Positions 36,981-50,807 of a stretch of DNA of 64,000 bases are shown here, one piece after another. Origin of the DNA: Malacoraja senta (Eukaryota); the NCBI GenBank assembly GCA_038087875.1, contig CM075988.1, forward strand, positions 16,928,001-16,992,000, written 5' to 3'. A model generated the notes under the pieces. The model ran no database searches. It worked only from the letters and a program-made list of their open reading frames with translations, and was not told the DNA's origin. Numbering within the stretch: the stretch's first letter is position 1; every line of letters begins with the position of its first letter. Both the position numbers and the translations under genes were made by a program.

Positions 36981-39352
36981 CAAATCAGCTGTCCAAAAAA
37001 GATAGACTTCGGGAGAAACTTTGGGCGATATTTTGAGGTCCTTAATGCCCATTTGGCAGTGGAGACTTGTTGGTTTTGGGTAGGGTTGCTTTGTGTTTCA
37101 TGCAATGTGCAGAATTTCCAACAGTGCAGCACCCGCTCAGGGCCAGAGTGATATGTGTGCCAGGATTGTCTCCGTCTTTGCAGTGGGACTTGCGTTGCCG
37201 GTTAATTTTGGGATCTTTTTTGCCAGAAAAACAGAGGCCCAAACAGGAAGGAAATAGAAGTGGGTGCCATCAAACCAGCTCAATGTCCATTTAAAATAAA
37301 GAGATGGGCGAGAGTACATAGAACAGACCTTGTTAAAACTCAGCGCAGATGCAGCTCTCACTTGTGGAGAGACACAGAGGCACACAAGCTCACTGTGAGG
37401 TTGGAGCGTTTATTTTTTTTAAAGACACACTAAACAAAGGGCTGAAGAACAGTGGACAGTAAATCTCTGTGAGGGACAGAATTAAGTCTGAATTAATCAA
37501 AGCGTGAATTAACAAACAGTTTAGTCTGTGGGCAGGAAGGAGTGTGGAGACATACTGGACAAAAGGCATTTTCTTCATGAAGAAAGGTGTCCAGCAGTCA
37601 AATAGGGAGCAATAGTAGCAAGGACTATGAGAGAGAAGATTAGAGGGTCAAATTTAATTTTATACTCTCGTCTGAATTCCCCAACAGCTTGTGTTTTGCA
37701 CAGGAAGATTTACTTGTGCCAGATCACCGGCTAGATTTGCAGACCCTTCCACTTTTACGGTTCACAAGTGCGCATTGGGTCAAGAAGAGATACGAGTCCA
37801 GGACGACAAATTCACACTGATCTGACTTATGGCCCTTCAGAAACCACAAGCTGCTCCATCTAGTGGTCGTTCCGAGAACCGAGAACTGATGGTTCGGCTG
37901 AAACCAAGACAACCTGTAAAGTTGCTCTACAGTGATGCTGTCAATTTGTTCTCAATCAAAACTGTGTACAATTATTTTATTTTGAACACAATTATATTTT
38001 GCATTCACGGGTACTGTGACAGGACGGAGCGGTGGATCATTTCACAGGGACGCGTTGACCAGGACACAGAAGCTCCTCTTCAAATGTTCCCACTGATCTT
38101 TAAACGCTCGGATGCTGACTTTCACAACCCTGTGCAACCAGGGAGCAACAGACAAGTTTTGCATCTTCGCACACAGCGACAAGCTCAATACAAGCTCAGC
38201 AAAGTTACTGAACCGATGGAGCCACCCAAATAATGTCCGCTGACAGTGGTGCTGAGGTTTACAGTGAGGCTGGGACTCAGGTGAGGTAGCTCTCACACCA
38301 TTCATCCACCTTGTCATGAGTTGCCACAAGTTCCACTCCCGAATGCCGGGTACAAAAATCCGGACCGTTGGTTTACAAACCCCCAGCCGTGGCCCATTGA
38401 AACAGGGAGTGGGGGGGGAAGTGCAATTTTTTTTTTTTAATTATGAAAAATTCCGGCAAAGGTTAGAGAGAATTATAGAGCATGGAAATAGGCACTTAGG
38501 CCCAACCAACATGCCCCAAACACACTTGTCTCACCTGCCTGCTTTTGGCCCAAATCGTTCTATACCAATCCTATCCATGTACCTGTCCAAATGATTTTTT
38601 TAATGTTGAGATGGTACCTGCCTCATCTACATCCTCCAGCAGCTCATTCCATACACCCACCCCCCTTTGAGTAAAAATGTTGCTGCTCAAGTCCGCATTA
38701 CATCTTTCCCCCTCACCTTAAACCTTTGTCCTTTGATTCTCGATTCCCCTACTCTGGGCAAAACACTGTGCATCTATCCCACATATTCATCTCATGGTTT
38801 TATACACCTGTATAGGATCATCCCTCATCCTCCTGCGCTCCAAGGAATAAAGTCCAAGCCTGCCCAACCTCTCCCTGTGCATTTACCTCGTCAAAAGTTG
38901 GTGAAACGGTTGATACAAAGTCTTGCAACTGTTGTACAAGTTTCTGCACGCAAGGGGTTGGCACGAAGGCTGGTGGGATCATTCAATATTGTCGCAATAT
39001 TTATTGTGAGTCTTTCATTTCAGGCTTTAATTTTGTTTTCAATAATTTCACTTGATTTTTATTTAATGCTTCTTTGATTTTGTGATTAAAAAGCTGCAAA
39101 GTCAAGATAAAATGTTTTGAAAACTCAAATCATTTCGACAGAATTATCAATTCATTTATCATGGCAGCTTAAAATATGGGCCGTAAGTTTCAACGTTTGA
39201 TCAATTTTCAGCCGCAGATGGAGAAAGTTGTGGGTCACTGGTCTGGACTTGCACTATAGTGTGGAGAGGGCATGACACACAGTGATAGGTAACATCTTGA
39301 GGATTAGACATTAAATTGAAACTCAATCTGTCCTCTCAGGAAGATATAAACA

Positions 39353-39945
39353 TTTCATAGAAACATAGAAAATAGGTGCAGGAGGCCATTCGGCCCTTCG
39401 AGCCAGCAACGCCATTCATTGTGATCATGGCTGATCGTCCCCTATCAATAACCCGTTCCTGCCTTCTCCCCATATCCCTTGACTCCACTAGCCCCTAGAG
39501 CTCTATCTAACTCTCTCTTAAATCCATCCAGTGACTTGGCCTCCACTGCCCTCTGTGGCAGGGAATTCCATAAATTCACAACTCTCTGGGTGAAAAAGTT
39601 TTTTATCACCTCAGTCTTAAATGACCTCCCCTTTATTCTAAGACTGTGGCCCCTGGTTCTGGACTCGCCCAACATTGGGAACATTTTTCCTGCATCTAGC
39701 TTGTCCAGTCCTTGGATAATTTTATATGTTTCTATAAGATCCCCCCTCATCCTTCTAAACTCCAGTGAATACAAGCCTAGTCTTTTCAATCTTTCCTCAT
39801 ATGACAGTCCCGCCATCCCAGGGATCAATCTCGTGAATCTACGCTGCACTGCCTCAATCACAAGGATGTCCTTCCTCAAATTAGGAGACCAAAACTGTAC
39901 ACAATACTCCAGATGTGGTCTCACCAGAGCCCTAATACAACTGCA
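39353..39945 (-). mobile_element. CR1 LINE 3' fragment (RT C-terminus)
   Basis: RPHLEYCVQFWSP...VQRRFTRLIPG...YEERLKRLGLYSLE...RTRGHSL with a (TTTCTATG)n tail. Confidence 0.9.
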
Positions 39946-40761
39946 GAGAGGACCAGAGAGAAAGTATCTTATCGAGATGCATCACAACCTGGTTTGGGAA
40001 CAGCTCCAGCCAAGACCACAGGAAATTACAGAGTTGTGGATGTAGCCCAGTCATTATACAAACCAGCCTCCCTCCCATTGACTCCATCTACATTTCATGC
40101 TGCCTCGGCAAGGCCATCAGCATAATCAAGGACCAGTCTCATCCCGTTCACTCCCTCTTCTCCCATTGGGCAAGAGGTACAGAAGTGTGAAAGCACACAC
40201 CTCCAAATTCAGGAACAGTTTCTTCCCAGCTGTTCTCAGGCAACTGATGGTCCTCTCAATAGCTCAAGTGTGGTCCTGACCTCCCATCTCCCCCACTGGA
40301 GACCTTTGAACCAACTTTAATCAGACTTCATCGCACTTCAATGTTATATCTCTGGTTAGTTTAGAGATACAGCATGGAAACACCAGTTCTTTTTTACACA
40401 CTAGAGACAATTTACGTCGCCCATTCCTTCTCTCCCGAGATGCTGCCTCACCCGCTGAGTTACTCCAGCATTTTGTGTCTACCTTCAATTTAAACCAGCA
40501 TCTGCATTTCTTTCTTACACCGTCAAACCTGTATGTCTTTGGAATGTGGAAGGAAACTGGAGCATCTGCAGACAATGCACACGGTCACAGGGCAAGCATA
40601 CGAAATCTGTACAGACAGCACCTGTGGTTAGGATCATACCTGGGTCTCAGGCACTGTAAGGCAGCAACTCTACCACTGCGCCACTGTGCTACCCAAATGT
40701 TGCACTAAATGTTGCATTAAACTCTTTATCCTTTATCTGCACACTGGGGATAGCTTGATTG

Positions 40762-41519
40762 TACCTGGCCCTCAACACCAGCAAAACCAAGGAACTGATT
40801 GTGGACTTTGGAAGGAGTAGGATGGGGACCCACAGTCCAGTTTATATCAACGGGTCGATGGTTGAAAGGGTCAAGAGCTTCAAATTCCTGGGCGTGCACA
40901 TCTCTGAAGATCTTTCCTGGTCCGAGAACAATGATGCAATTATTAAGAAAGCACATCAGCGCCTCTACTTCCTGAGAAGATTACGGAGAGTCGGTTTGTC
41001 AAGGAGGACTCTCTCTAACTTCTACAGGTGCACAGTAGAGAGCATGCTGACCAGTTGCATCATGGCTTGGTTCGGCAACTTGAGTGCCCTGGAGAGGAAA
41101 AGACTACAAAAAGTAGTAAACACTGCCCAGTCCATCATCGGCTCTGACCTCCCTTCCACAGTCGCTGCCTCAAAAAGGCTGGCAGCATCATCAAGGACCC
41201 ACACCATCCTGGCCACACACTCATCTCCCTACTACCTTCAGGTAGAAGGTACAGGAGCCTGAAGACTGCAACGACCAGGTTCAGGAACAGCTACTTCCCC
41301 ACAGCCATCAGGCTATTAAACCTGGCACGGACATAACACTGAACTTTACTAGCCAATACTGTTATTTGCACTTTATCAGTATATTGACCATTGTGTATAT
41401 ATTTATAGAATGCCTTGTAGTAAATGCCTACTATGTTCTGTTGTGCTCAAGCAAAGCAAGAATTTCATTGTCCTACCAGGGACACATGACAATAAACTCA
41501 CTTGACTTGACTTGACTTG
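40762..41519 (+). mobile_element. Rex1/Babar LINE 3' fragment
   Basis: LNTSKTKELIVDF...FKFLGVHIS...KKAHQRLYFLRRL...FYRCTVESMLT with a (CTTGA)n tail. Confidence 0.85.
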
Positions 41520-42929
41520 TATTCATATGGTGTTTTCTTTGACTGGATAGCTTTTCACTGTACCTCTGTACACATGACAATAATAAGCTAAACGAAAATG
41601 GAAGATTCTCCCAGTGCCTTGAGCATCATTTATCTTTCAACTGACCTCCTCCCTCCCAGCACAAAAAAAAAACGATGATTGCTATCACTGCTGTTTCTGG
41701 GAGCTTCTTGTGTGCAAATTGACTTCTAAATTTTTGCATTTCAAATCATTCAAAAATACTTAATTTAAATTGATGGAACAGATGAACAAGGTCATTCAGG
41801 CTAGACAGAAATGCTGGAGTAACTCAGCGGGTGAGGCAGCATCTATGGAGAGAAGGAAGAGGCGACATTTCAGGTCGAGACCCTTCTTCAGACTCAGGGT
41901 CCCGACCCGAAACGTCGCCTATTCCTTCTCTCCTCACTCCCTGAATTCCTCCAGCATTTTTGCCTACCTTCGATTTTTCCAGCATCTGCAGTTCTTTCTT
42001 AAACAGGTCGTTCACGCTGCTGTTTCCATGACGGGAATGCAGCAGGTACATATCGACTACGTTGCTATACTCCGAATGAGATTTCATTGCCAGCAAAACA
42101 TTTAGAAATGGTTTGGAGGCCACGAGATTGATGCAAGCCAGCCTTGGAGACACAAGAGATTGCAGATTTTTAGCAAAAAATAAAGTGCTGGGGGATCTCA
42201 GCCGGTCAGGCAGTATCTGTGGAGGGAAACGGACAGACGCCGTTTCGGGTCAGAGGCCTTCATTGGCCTCAATCTGAATCACACTGCCTTAACGCCTTTC
42301 TGAGTCGAAAAACTATCATCCTCTTTTCAAAAGGCCTACAGACTAGGAGTGGTATAATCACTTCTCTCAAGCAACCACTGAACCAATTGATAGTTCCAAT
42401 GAAGACACAAGAGACTGTAGATACTGGAATCTTGATCAAAACACAAAGTGCTGGAGGAATTCGTCTGGTCAGGCAGCATCTGTGATGGATCAGCACCAGT
42501 GTGAGAATGTTGACACAGGAATGATGCTCCCCTTGGCTCCGATGTGACCTGGGGTTATATCTCAAAACAGAGACATTAAAAAGTCCAAAGATCATATGTC
42601 CATTCATTCCGATGAACAGCAGAACTAATTTCTTCTCTCTCTCTCCACTTTTATTAATGAGTCTTCCCATCAGTCCTCTGTGCCTTTGAGCCATTCATTA
42701 CAATACCGTGGAGATATGGTTACCATAGCAAGTCACCTTTGTTTATTTCCCATCTTATGGACAAAATGGATGTCTGTAAAGATGGAATCTTGATATCCAG
42801 TGACAATCCCATGTGGGATTGCTCCAGGACGATGGTGCAGAGATACAAGATCTCAGCCACAATCTAATTAACTGGTAGAGTGAGCGAAGGGGCCAAATAT
42901 CACCTTCCTGTTTCCATTCTGTGTATTAT

Positions 42930-43405
42930 GTACAGTTCTGGTCATCCTATTTCAGGAAGGATGGGGCAGCTTTTGAGAGGGTACACAAGAGGTTTACCAG
43001 AATGCTGCCTGGATTAGAGAGTATAATTATAAAGAGGGATTGAATAAACTTGTATTGTTTTCTCTGGAACATCGGAGGTTGAGGAGAGACCTGATAGGTA
43101 TATAAAATTATGAGAGGCACAGATAGGGTAGACAGTCAGACCTTTTCTCCCCAGGGTGGAAATGTCAAAGACTAGATGGCAGAGCTTTAAGATGAGAGGG
43201 GCAAGTTTATGAGCGGTGGGTGACTGGAACAAGCTGCCTGAGGTGCTGGTAAAGACGGATACGATAATGGCATTAAAGATACTTTTTGATAGGTGTAGAT
43301 GCAGGGAATGGAGGAATATGAATCAAGTGCTCAGTCTAACTTGGCGTCATGTTTAGTTAGGACAGGGTGGTCCGACGGACCTGTTCCAGTACTGTATTGT
43401 TCTAT
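42930..43405 (+). mobile_element. Degraded CR1 3' fragment
   Basis: Similar to the other CR1 RT C-terminal and 3' sequences in the window. Confidence 0.65.
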
Positions 43406-43654
43406 GGGGGATCTTGACAGAAGCCTCCTCGTTTCGATCCCCAGAAACGACGACACAATGCACTCTGTGGCGCTTCGGGCGACCAATTCTGTCAACATGT
43501 TGGACGACGACAGAAGCCAACATGTCAACAGCTACACGTCATCTGACACACGAGCGAACAAACTGTTCTATGTTCTACTTCCTTTCCTCCCACCACCCTC
43601 CAACCTCTGCATCACACTTGATGAAGAACTGTCATCTTTTCTTGCCACAGTGAC

Positions 43655-43953
43655 AGCACGGTGGCGCAGCGGTAGAGTTGCAGCCTTACAACGCTCGCAG
43701 CGCCGGAGACCCGGATTCAATCCAGACTACTGGTGCTGTCTGTACGGAGTTTGTACGTTCTCTCAGTGACCGCGTGGGTTTCCTCCCACACTCCAAAGAC
43801 GTACAGGTATGTAGGTTAATTGGCTTGGTGTGCGCGTAAATTGTCCCTGGTGTGTGTTGGATAGTGTTATTGTGTGGGAATCGCTCGTCGGTGCAGACTC
43901 GGTGGGCCGAAGGGCCTGTTTCCATGCTGTATCTCTAAACTAAACTAAACTAA
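43655..43953 (+). mobile_element. V-SINE (HE1-like)
   Basis: tRNA head, V-domain and (CTAAA)n tail abutting a Rex/Babar fragment. Confidence 0.85.
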
Positions 43954-44668
43954 GCCAGCCATCCCCCAAAACTCCTGTGCTCATTAATGATGAATCCATC
44001 TCCATCACTGACACATTCAAACTCCTTGGAACCCACATCAGCAACAACCTCAAATGGAGGACAAACGCAGACCACATTTATGGGAAAGCCCAGCAAAGAC
44101 TTTTCCATCTCCGACAGCTAAGGAAGTTCAGAGTAAGATCTCATCTCATGCTCCGCTTCTATACAGCCATCGTTGAAAGCATCCTCACTTCATCCATCAC
44201 AGTCTGGTTCGGCAGTCTCCACTCACTCTCCCGGAAGAAATTACAGCTCATCATCAACAGAGCATCAAAAATTATTGGCTTACCCCTACCATCCCTTGAA
44301 TCACTTTATCACAATCGGTCACTGCACAGAGCCCGCAAGATCATCTCTGATCCTACCCACCCTGCACACTATGCCTTTCAGCTACTGCCCTCTGGGAGGC
44401 GTTACAGGTCAATTGCCTCCAAAACAAGCCGCCTCAAAAACAGTTTCATTCCCACTGCAATTAACATGTTAAACTCTGTACGGTGAGGAATAAGAATAAG
44501 CATGGCACTTATGTATTATGTAATGTGTCTGTCTGTATGTACATCTATGTTATAAGTTTAATGTTGATGAAATGTTGGAACCTGTACCGAGCTGTACTGA
44601 TAACAAATTCCACCAGCCTGGCTGTGTGGACATTAAAATATACAATACAATACAATACAATACAATAC
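43954..44668 (+). mobile_element. Rex1/Babar LINE 3' fragment, divergent subfamily
   Basis: FKLLGTHISNNLKW...KAQQRLFHLRQLRKF...FYTAIVESILT...LPSGRRYRS, open for 169 codons, with an (AATAC)n tail. Confidence 0.85.
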
Positions 44669-45254
44669 TAAGATGCAGCCTGACCTGCAGCGTATCTCCA
44701 ACATTCTCTGATTTTACTTCAGATTTCCAGTATCTGCAGGGCGTTGCTTTCAAGCCTCACTTGGTGTTACAGTGGATTATGGACTCAAGACCATCTGACT
44801 GAAGATGCCAAGTGGAAGAAAGAACAGCTTACAGAAAGGATGGGTCTGCTCGGAAATTGCGATACACTTGCACATTAAGTCTAGACTTCCGTTAAAGTAG
44901 CATTCTGCTGTTGTTGAGAGCCATGGCCACCTGCAGCTTGGTTTATGATCCATCCAAACTGAGTAATCAGAATTTCAGAGCAGAAACTGCCTCTCATTGC
45001 TGAATTTCGACTGACATTTCGCCAAGGGAGTTATTATTTCAGTTACTCCCTTCATACAAAAGATGCATGGAAATCTGAATGATTGACAGAGGCATACATA
45101 ATAGTTAAACGATTTTGATTATACATCTGCTGCTGATTTACTTCACTTGTTTATCGATTGCCAGCGACCCTGGGTCATGCACAGAAACGACACAAGGGTT
45201 TGCCTGGATGTTTTGCGATCATTAGTTTCAAGAGATACAGCAGAACTCTGCATG

Positions 45255-45560
45255 CGTGTGAGTCTGTGTGTATGTGCGTGAGTCAGTGTGTGAGAGTGAG
45301 TGAGTCAGTGTGTGAGAGTAAGTCAGAGTGAGTGAGAGAGTGAGCGCGCGCAGTACTGTGTGCTTGTGTCTGTGTGTGCGCATGTGTCTGCTCGCATGCT
45401 GTGCATGTTTGTGTGCACGTCTGTGTGCACGTCTGTGTGCATGCATACGTGTCGGTGTGTGTGTAACGTTTGTGTCTGTATGCACTTTTTTGCCTGAGCA
45501 CGTGTCTATATCTGTGTGAACACGTCCGTGTACACACATCTGGGTGCGTGTGTGCATTTT
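45255..45560. repeat. Degenerate (TG)n/(GAGT)n microsatellite
   Basis: Directly visible. Confidence 0.9.
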
Positions 45561-46699
45561 CTGAATGGAACATGGAAGGTGCTACATAAACAGCAGGTCT
45601 TTGTTTTAACTAATAGAGCACGTGAATATCAAACACAAGACCTCAATGAAGCTCTGCTCACAATATGCTGCATTTACTACCTCTGTTCCCCAGGCCACTG
45701 AGCTATGGTCAATGTGTAAGCAAAGTTCTATTTAGGATGCTCGGTCTTCTAACACGTTGCTGACATCATCCTTCATTTTCGGAAACTCCACACCCCTCTT
45801 TATAGAATAGCAGGTTATCTGGTGTTGTTTGGCCCTGGCATCTTGTCCCATAAATTATTTCCTATTTATTAAGAAGGCCGCAGAGATGCAGTTAATATTA
45901 GTTCACCTTCAACTGTAATGGGATTGTTCAGGAAAGATGACATTGTGACATTTCAAATTTCAAAATAAATTCCTCGCCCGGAAATAGAAAAGCTGAAATG
46001 CCCGCGCGGTGTGACTCTGAGGAAGTGGCTGACTTGCAGGAGCGCTGACGCTCTGCAGATCCTCAGCAGAGAGTGATGCCAAGCCCTCTCTAGGACAAAT
46101 ATCCCGTCTTTTATATCAGCTTGTTCAAAGAGGTAAATGGATGAAGATTGTGGGTGGCACAGTGACGCAGCTGGTACTTCAGTCCACTTTAGTTTAGTTT
46201 ATTGTCACGTGTACCGAGATACAGTGAAAAGCTTTTGTTTCATGCTAACGAGTCAGCGGAAAGGCAATACATCATTACAATCAAGCCATTCACATGTGTG
46301 TATGGACATATGATAAGGGAATAACATTTAGTGCAAGATAAAGCCAGTAAAGTCCAATCAAAGATAGACCGAGGGTCACCAATGAGGTGGATAGTAGGTC
46401 AGGACTGCTCTCTAGTTGTGGTAGGATGGTTCAGTTGCTGGGAAGAAACTTACAGCATCAGAGACCCAGTTCAATCTGATCAGGTGCTGCCTCTGTGGAG
46501 CTTGTCCATGACGCAACTGTCCGCAACGCCACCAGTTTTGGTGTTTTCTGCAGGTTTACTGACCAGCCCATCGACATTTGTGTCCAAGTCACCTCAGCAC
46601 ACATCTCTGTGTAACTCTACAATGGTCACAAACCTCTAGCCAGAATAATGCCCTCCATCTTCTATGGTTAAGTCAGTAAAAAATACAAACCACTAAACC

Positions 46700-47000
46700 A
46701 CTACGCATCTTAATCTTCTGGATATGCTTACCATGAGGGACTTCATCAAATGTCTTACTAAAATCCATGCAGCCAACATCCACTGGCCTACCCTCATCGA
46801 TCCCTCCTCATAAAACTCTATCAAGTTAGTAAGATATGACCTGTTGTGGACCAAGCCATGTGGACTGTCCCTCATTATCACATTCTCTTCCAAATGCAAG
46901 TAAATCCTATCCTGACAAAACCTCACCAATAGCTTCCTTACCACTGATGCAAGGATCACCGGCCTATAATTTGCTGGATTATCTCCACTCCCCTTCTTGA
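46700..47000 (-). mobile_element. Degraded CR1 RT fragment
   Basis: DRIYLHLEEN...HGL...RSYLTNLIEFYE is an RT motif remnant. Confidence 0.7.
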
Positions 47001-48394
47001 AAGAAATGAAAAAAATATTTCATTGCAGCTTGTAAGATTTAGCCATCTACAAAATGGCCTCTGCCTTTTCCGATGGATAGAGGAATAAAGTGATGACAAA
47101 CAAAATAGGCTGGGAGAAGTGATGAAGTGCAGTCTAGACCCTAGTCTTTCTTGTCTAATTGTAACATAATGGCTGAGTGATGGGTCTCACCGGCACTTAC
47201 ATGGGCTACTGTACAGTTTTGAAAATGGAGGTAATAAAATACATCAGAATGAGATCCATCAGATAGTAATCTATAAAGTGAAGAAAGCGAGATAACAGTG
47301 AAGAGCCTGATTTATGTCATCGTAACGGCAATTAATGTCATTTGGATTGAAATCCAGAGATTTGCTGCCGCATACAATCTCCCACCATCCGTTAGCTTTT
47401 TTATTCTTCATTTACAATTAGTTCCTGCAGGCCATTTTTTTGGAATGTGCAATCATTTGTGGATAAAAAGGTGTTGAAGTAGTAGTCTCCAGATCCCATG
47501 GCAAGAGCGATTGGAGTCCAGAAGCGTTTCCAAGGCAATGGTTTCCTACAGTCTGTTAGATCTGCGTTTGTTAACTGATACATGAATCCCACTGCTGTTT
47601 ACTAATACATCTTTCCTGCCACTGCCACTGTATTCCTTTGTCCGACCAAGTAAATAGGTCCTGGGCTTCTTTAGAACGTATCCACATTTGCAGGGACTCC
47701 AAATGAGTTTGTCAATATTTGCAGACAAAAAATTCTTGGGAAAAAATCAATATATCACGTGGCTGATGCAATCATTTAACAAAAACGGATCATATTATTA
47801 TTGAGTTAATATGCTGAACGTGAAATTTTAAACCCACTTAACGCTAAAAAGAGAGCAAATTAGAGTGGGAGAATTCTTGACCATCTCTCAATCATGAGCC
47901 CATGTCAGAACTAAAAGTAAATAAGAGATAAGTTTATTATCAAATCCCCAGAAGGAGCACATCCACACGTATAGAGAACAGAAGTCAAAGTAATGAAGAG
48001 AGGAGGTGGGTTTTTTTTCCAAAGAAAAGCCAACCACTGCTGAATTCTATGGGGTTCATGCAGAGGTCAAGGGGTGTATGGAAGATTACCAACTATCCTC
48101 ATTGAGGACCTTCATGAACAGCCCTGGCTCCTTATTTACCACACCAGCGACGGAGAGATTGAGAAAGGATCAAATCCCTCAGGAACATCTCAAATTCCCT
48201 TCACTCAATAAACAACTTTCCAAAGCATAGCAACGGTTGTTATGCAGATTAATGTGGCGGCCATTTTGCATATAGTGTGGCCTCAGAAGCAACAACACAG
48301 GTGCCCGATTAACCGATTTCAGAGCTGTAACTTGGTGAGGGATAGATGGAGAGGACGTTGTGGAGAACGCAAAGCCAGCGGATGTCATTCTGGA

Positions 48395-48498
48395 GAAAGG
48401 CACAAAAATGCTGGAGTAACTCAGCAGGTCAGGCAGCATCTCTGGAAAAAAGGAATAGGTGACGTTTCGGGTCAAGACCCTTCTTCAGACTTCAGACT
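48395..48498 (-). mobile_element. Penelope pLTR derivative
   Basis: PLE terminal motif with 14-bp TSD GATGTCATTCTGGA (48381-48394, 48499-48512). Confidence 0.8.
48461..48488 (-). ncRNA. Minimal type I hammerhead-ribozyme-like motif (PLE pLTR)
   Basis: CUGAAGA-A-GGGU(CUUG)ACCC-GAAAC-GUC: core, stem II and a GUC triplet are present. Stem III is the loopless palindrome ACGU and stem I is only ~2 bp. Activity not shown. Confidence 0.55.
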
Positions 48499-49620
48499 GA
48501 TGTCATTCTGGACCTCACCACAGCCACAAAATAATGGATGTTTTACTTTTTAATTCAATTCAATTTGAGAACAAAATGTCTCAATGTTGTCGCAATGTCA
48601 TTTTCCCTGAACAATTCCATTACTGCTGAAGGAGAACTAATGTTAATGGAATCTCCAGAGTCTTCTTCATCAACAGGAGATAACTTATCCTTATATGGGA
48701 CATGCTCTCACATATAAACAACAGCAGATAACCTATTATCCATATAAATAGGGCCATGGGTCTTCCAGAAATTAAGGGCAACTTTGGCAAAGTGTTAGAA
48801 ATCCTAACATCTTAGGTGAAAGGCAAGTGGGGAAAATAAAGTGACCTTTATCTGCAGGTGAGGTTTGTATTTCTCCAGTATCCAATTACCCCAAAACAAA
48901 AGATAACTACAGATTTCACCCCACCCGTCCAAATCACCCTCCCCCTCTTCAAAACTTAAAACTAACTTGATTCTTCAATTTACCAGCTCTGACAAATGGT
49001 CTTCGACCCGAAATGTTAACATTGCTTTTCTTTCCACAGATGCTGCCTAGCCTGCTGAGTGTTTCCAGCATTTAGTGGGTTTATTACTGATGTCCAGCAT
49101 CTGCAGTTTTCTCTGATTTTAGATTCTGGCTGGCCACAAAGCAACTAAAACCTAGCTGGCTAAAGCCGTTGAAAATGAAGTGCTCGTACAGGAACTAACA
49201 TTCTAGTCAAATCTAACAGCTTCCCAATATTAATACAATTTTGGTGATTGATAGCAGATTACAGCAGAAGTCAAAACCTTTAATCCTTGTCTTCACCATT
49301 GCATATTATTAATACAACTCAAAATTCCTCATGGAAAGTTGGAAGTTTACACAATACTGTTAGGTATTCCAGAAAGGGGTGATAACCAGTTTTATGTCAA
49401 ATATATATATATATATTTTAATTTGGCAGTAAGGCTGGTGCACCTTTCGTCAAGCCTAGGTCAAGCTAGGTAAATTTTAAGTGTAATAAGGTAACTGGAA
49501 ATTATGACAAAAAACTGGTTAATAGTAAAAAGATTTGCTTCTCAAAGACAGCACACGAATGATGGATAGAAAGCAAGGATTGGGCTTAATGTCCCTTGGC
49601 TTAGTCTACTATTTAATAAG

Positions 49621-49833
49621 CAAAAAACAAAGTTCTTGAGGAACTCAGCAGGTCAGGCCAGGATGGAAATGGACAGATGAAATTTTAGGTCAGAACCCTT
49701 CTTCAGACTGAACAAACATTCCAACCCAATCATCTGTCCATTTCCCTCCACAGATGCTGCCAGACCCATTGAGTTCCTTTGTGTTGTGTTGTTTTTTGCT
49801 CATGATGGCAGCATCTGCAGTACCTTGAGCCTG
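49621..49833. mobile_element. Older foldback pLTR derivative
   Basis: Diverged inverted arms with 12-bp TSD CTATTTAATAAG (49609-49620, 49834-49845). Confidence 0.7.
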
Positions 49834-50262
49834 CTATTTAATAAGGTCAATCATCTGCCCCCAAACCACTTTCATTCCCTATTTAAACTCACCATTGTCA
49901 TTAATGTCCAGATACTTAGCAATATCACTCGTAAATAAATGATTGAGCATCCACGGACCTCTGGTATAGAGAATTTCAAATACTCCTCACCCTTATTGAA
50001 AAAAATTCCAAGTTATTTACATGTTTTGTGATGACAGAGGAGAAGTCATTTAAATTTCCAGCAGCTCATGGAACAAACATGTTAAAACAGAAAAGTACAG
50101 CACAGAACAGGTCCTTCGACCCACAAAGTCCATGCTGAACCTGATGCCAAGTGAAACTAATCTCAATTGTTCTCCATCTAAACTGTTCTCCTCCTCCTTT
50201 ACCTGCATTTTCTCCACACCCACTCTATACACACTCGGCCAATTGTCCTGCCAACTTTCTTT

Positions 50263-50617
50263 ATAAGGTCATAAGGAATAGGAGTAGAATTAGGCCATTC
50301 GGCCCATCGTCCAGTCTACCATTCAATCACGGCTGATCTATCTCTCCTTCCTAACCCCATTCTCCTGCCTTCTCCCCATAACCTCTGACACCTGGACTAA
50401 TCAACAATCTCTCTATCTCTGCTTTAAAAATATCCACTGACTTGGCCTCCACAGGCTTCTGTGGCAAAGGATTCCACAGATTCACCACCCTCTGGCAAAA
50501 TAAATTTCCCTCATCCTAAAAGAACGTCCTTTAATTCTGAGGCTATGACCTCTAGTCCTAAACTCTCCCACTAGTGGAAACATCCTCCCCACATCCACTC
50601 TAACCAGGCCTTTCACT
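50263..50617 (-). mobile_element. CR1 LINE 3' fragment
   Basis: CR1 3' end (GGCCATTCGGCCC stem-loop region and RT C-terminal remnant). Shorter copies lie at ~515-635, 16115-16390, 27655-27905 and 62385-62530. Confidence 0.75.
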
Positions 50618-50807
50618 TTATCTCATTCCTAAGCAGCACACACATGTATCCTGAGATAATGGCTGCAAGTGTTTGGCTCTACAGCCAGAGGAACCTGTCC
50701 AGCACCAGAGGTCCTGGAGACCAGGAGCCTTCACCCCCCCCCCCCCCCCATAAGCTTGTCCTCTGGAATAACATCATCGAGATGACTTGGAGAAAGCCAT
50801 TGGAACC

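Noticed and set aside
39445..44486. Functional RT genes in the longer LINE ORFs
   Set aside because: All are 5'-truncated C-terminal fragments lacking the endonuclease and the catalytic RT core.
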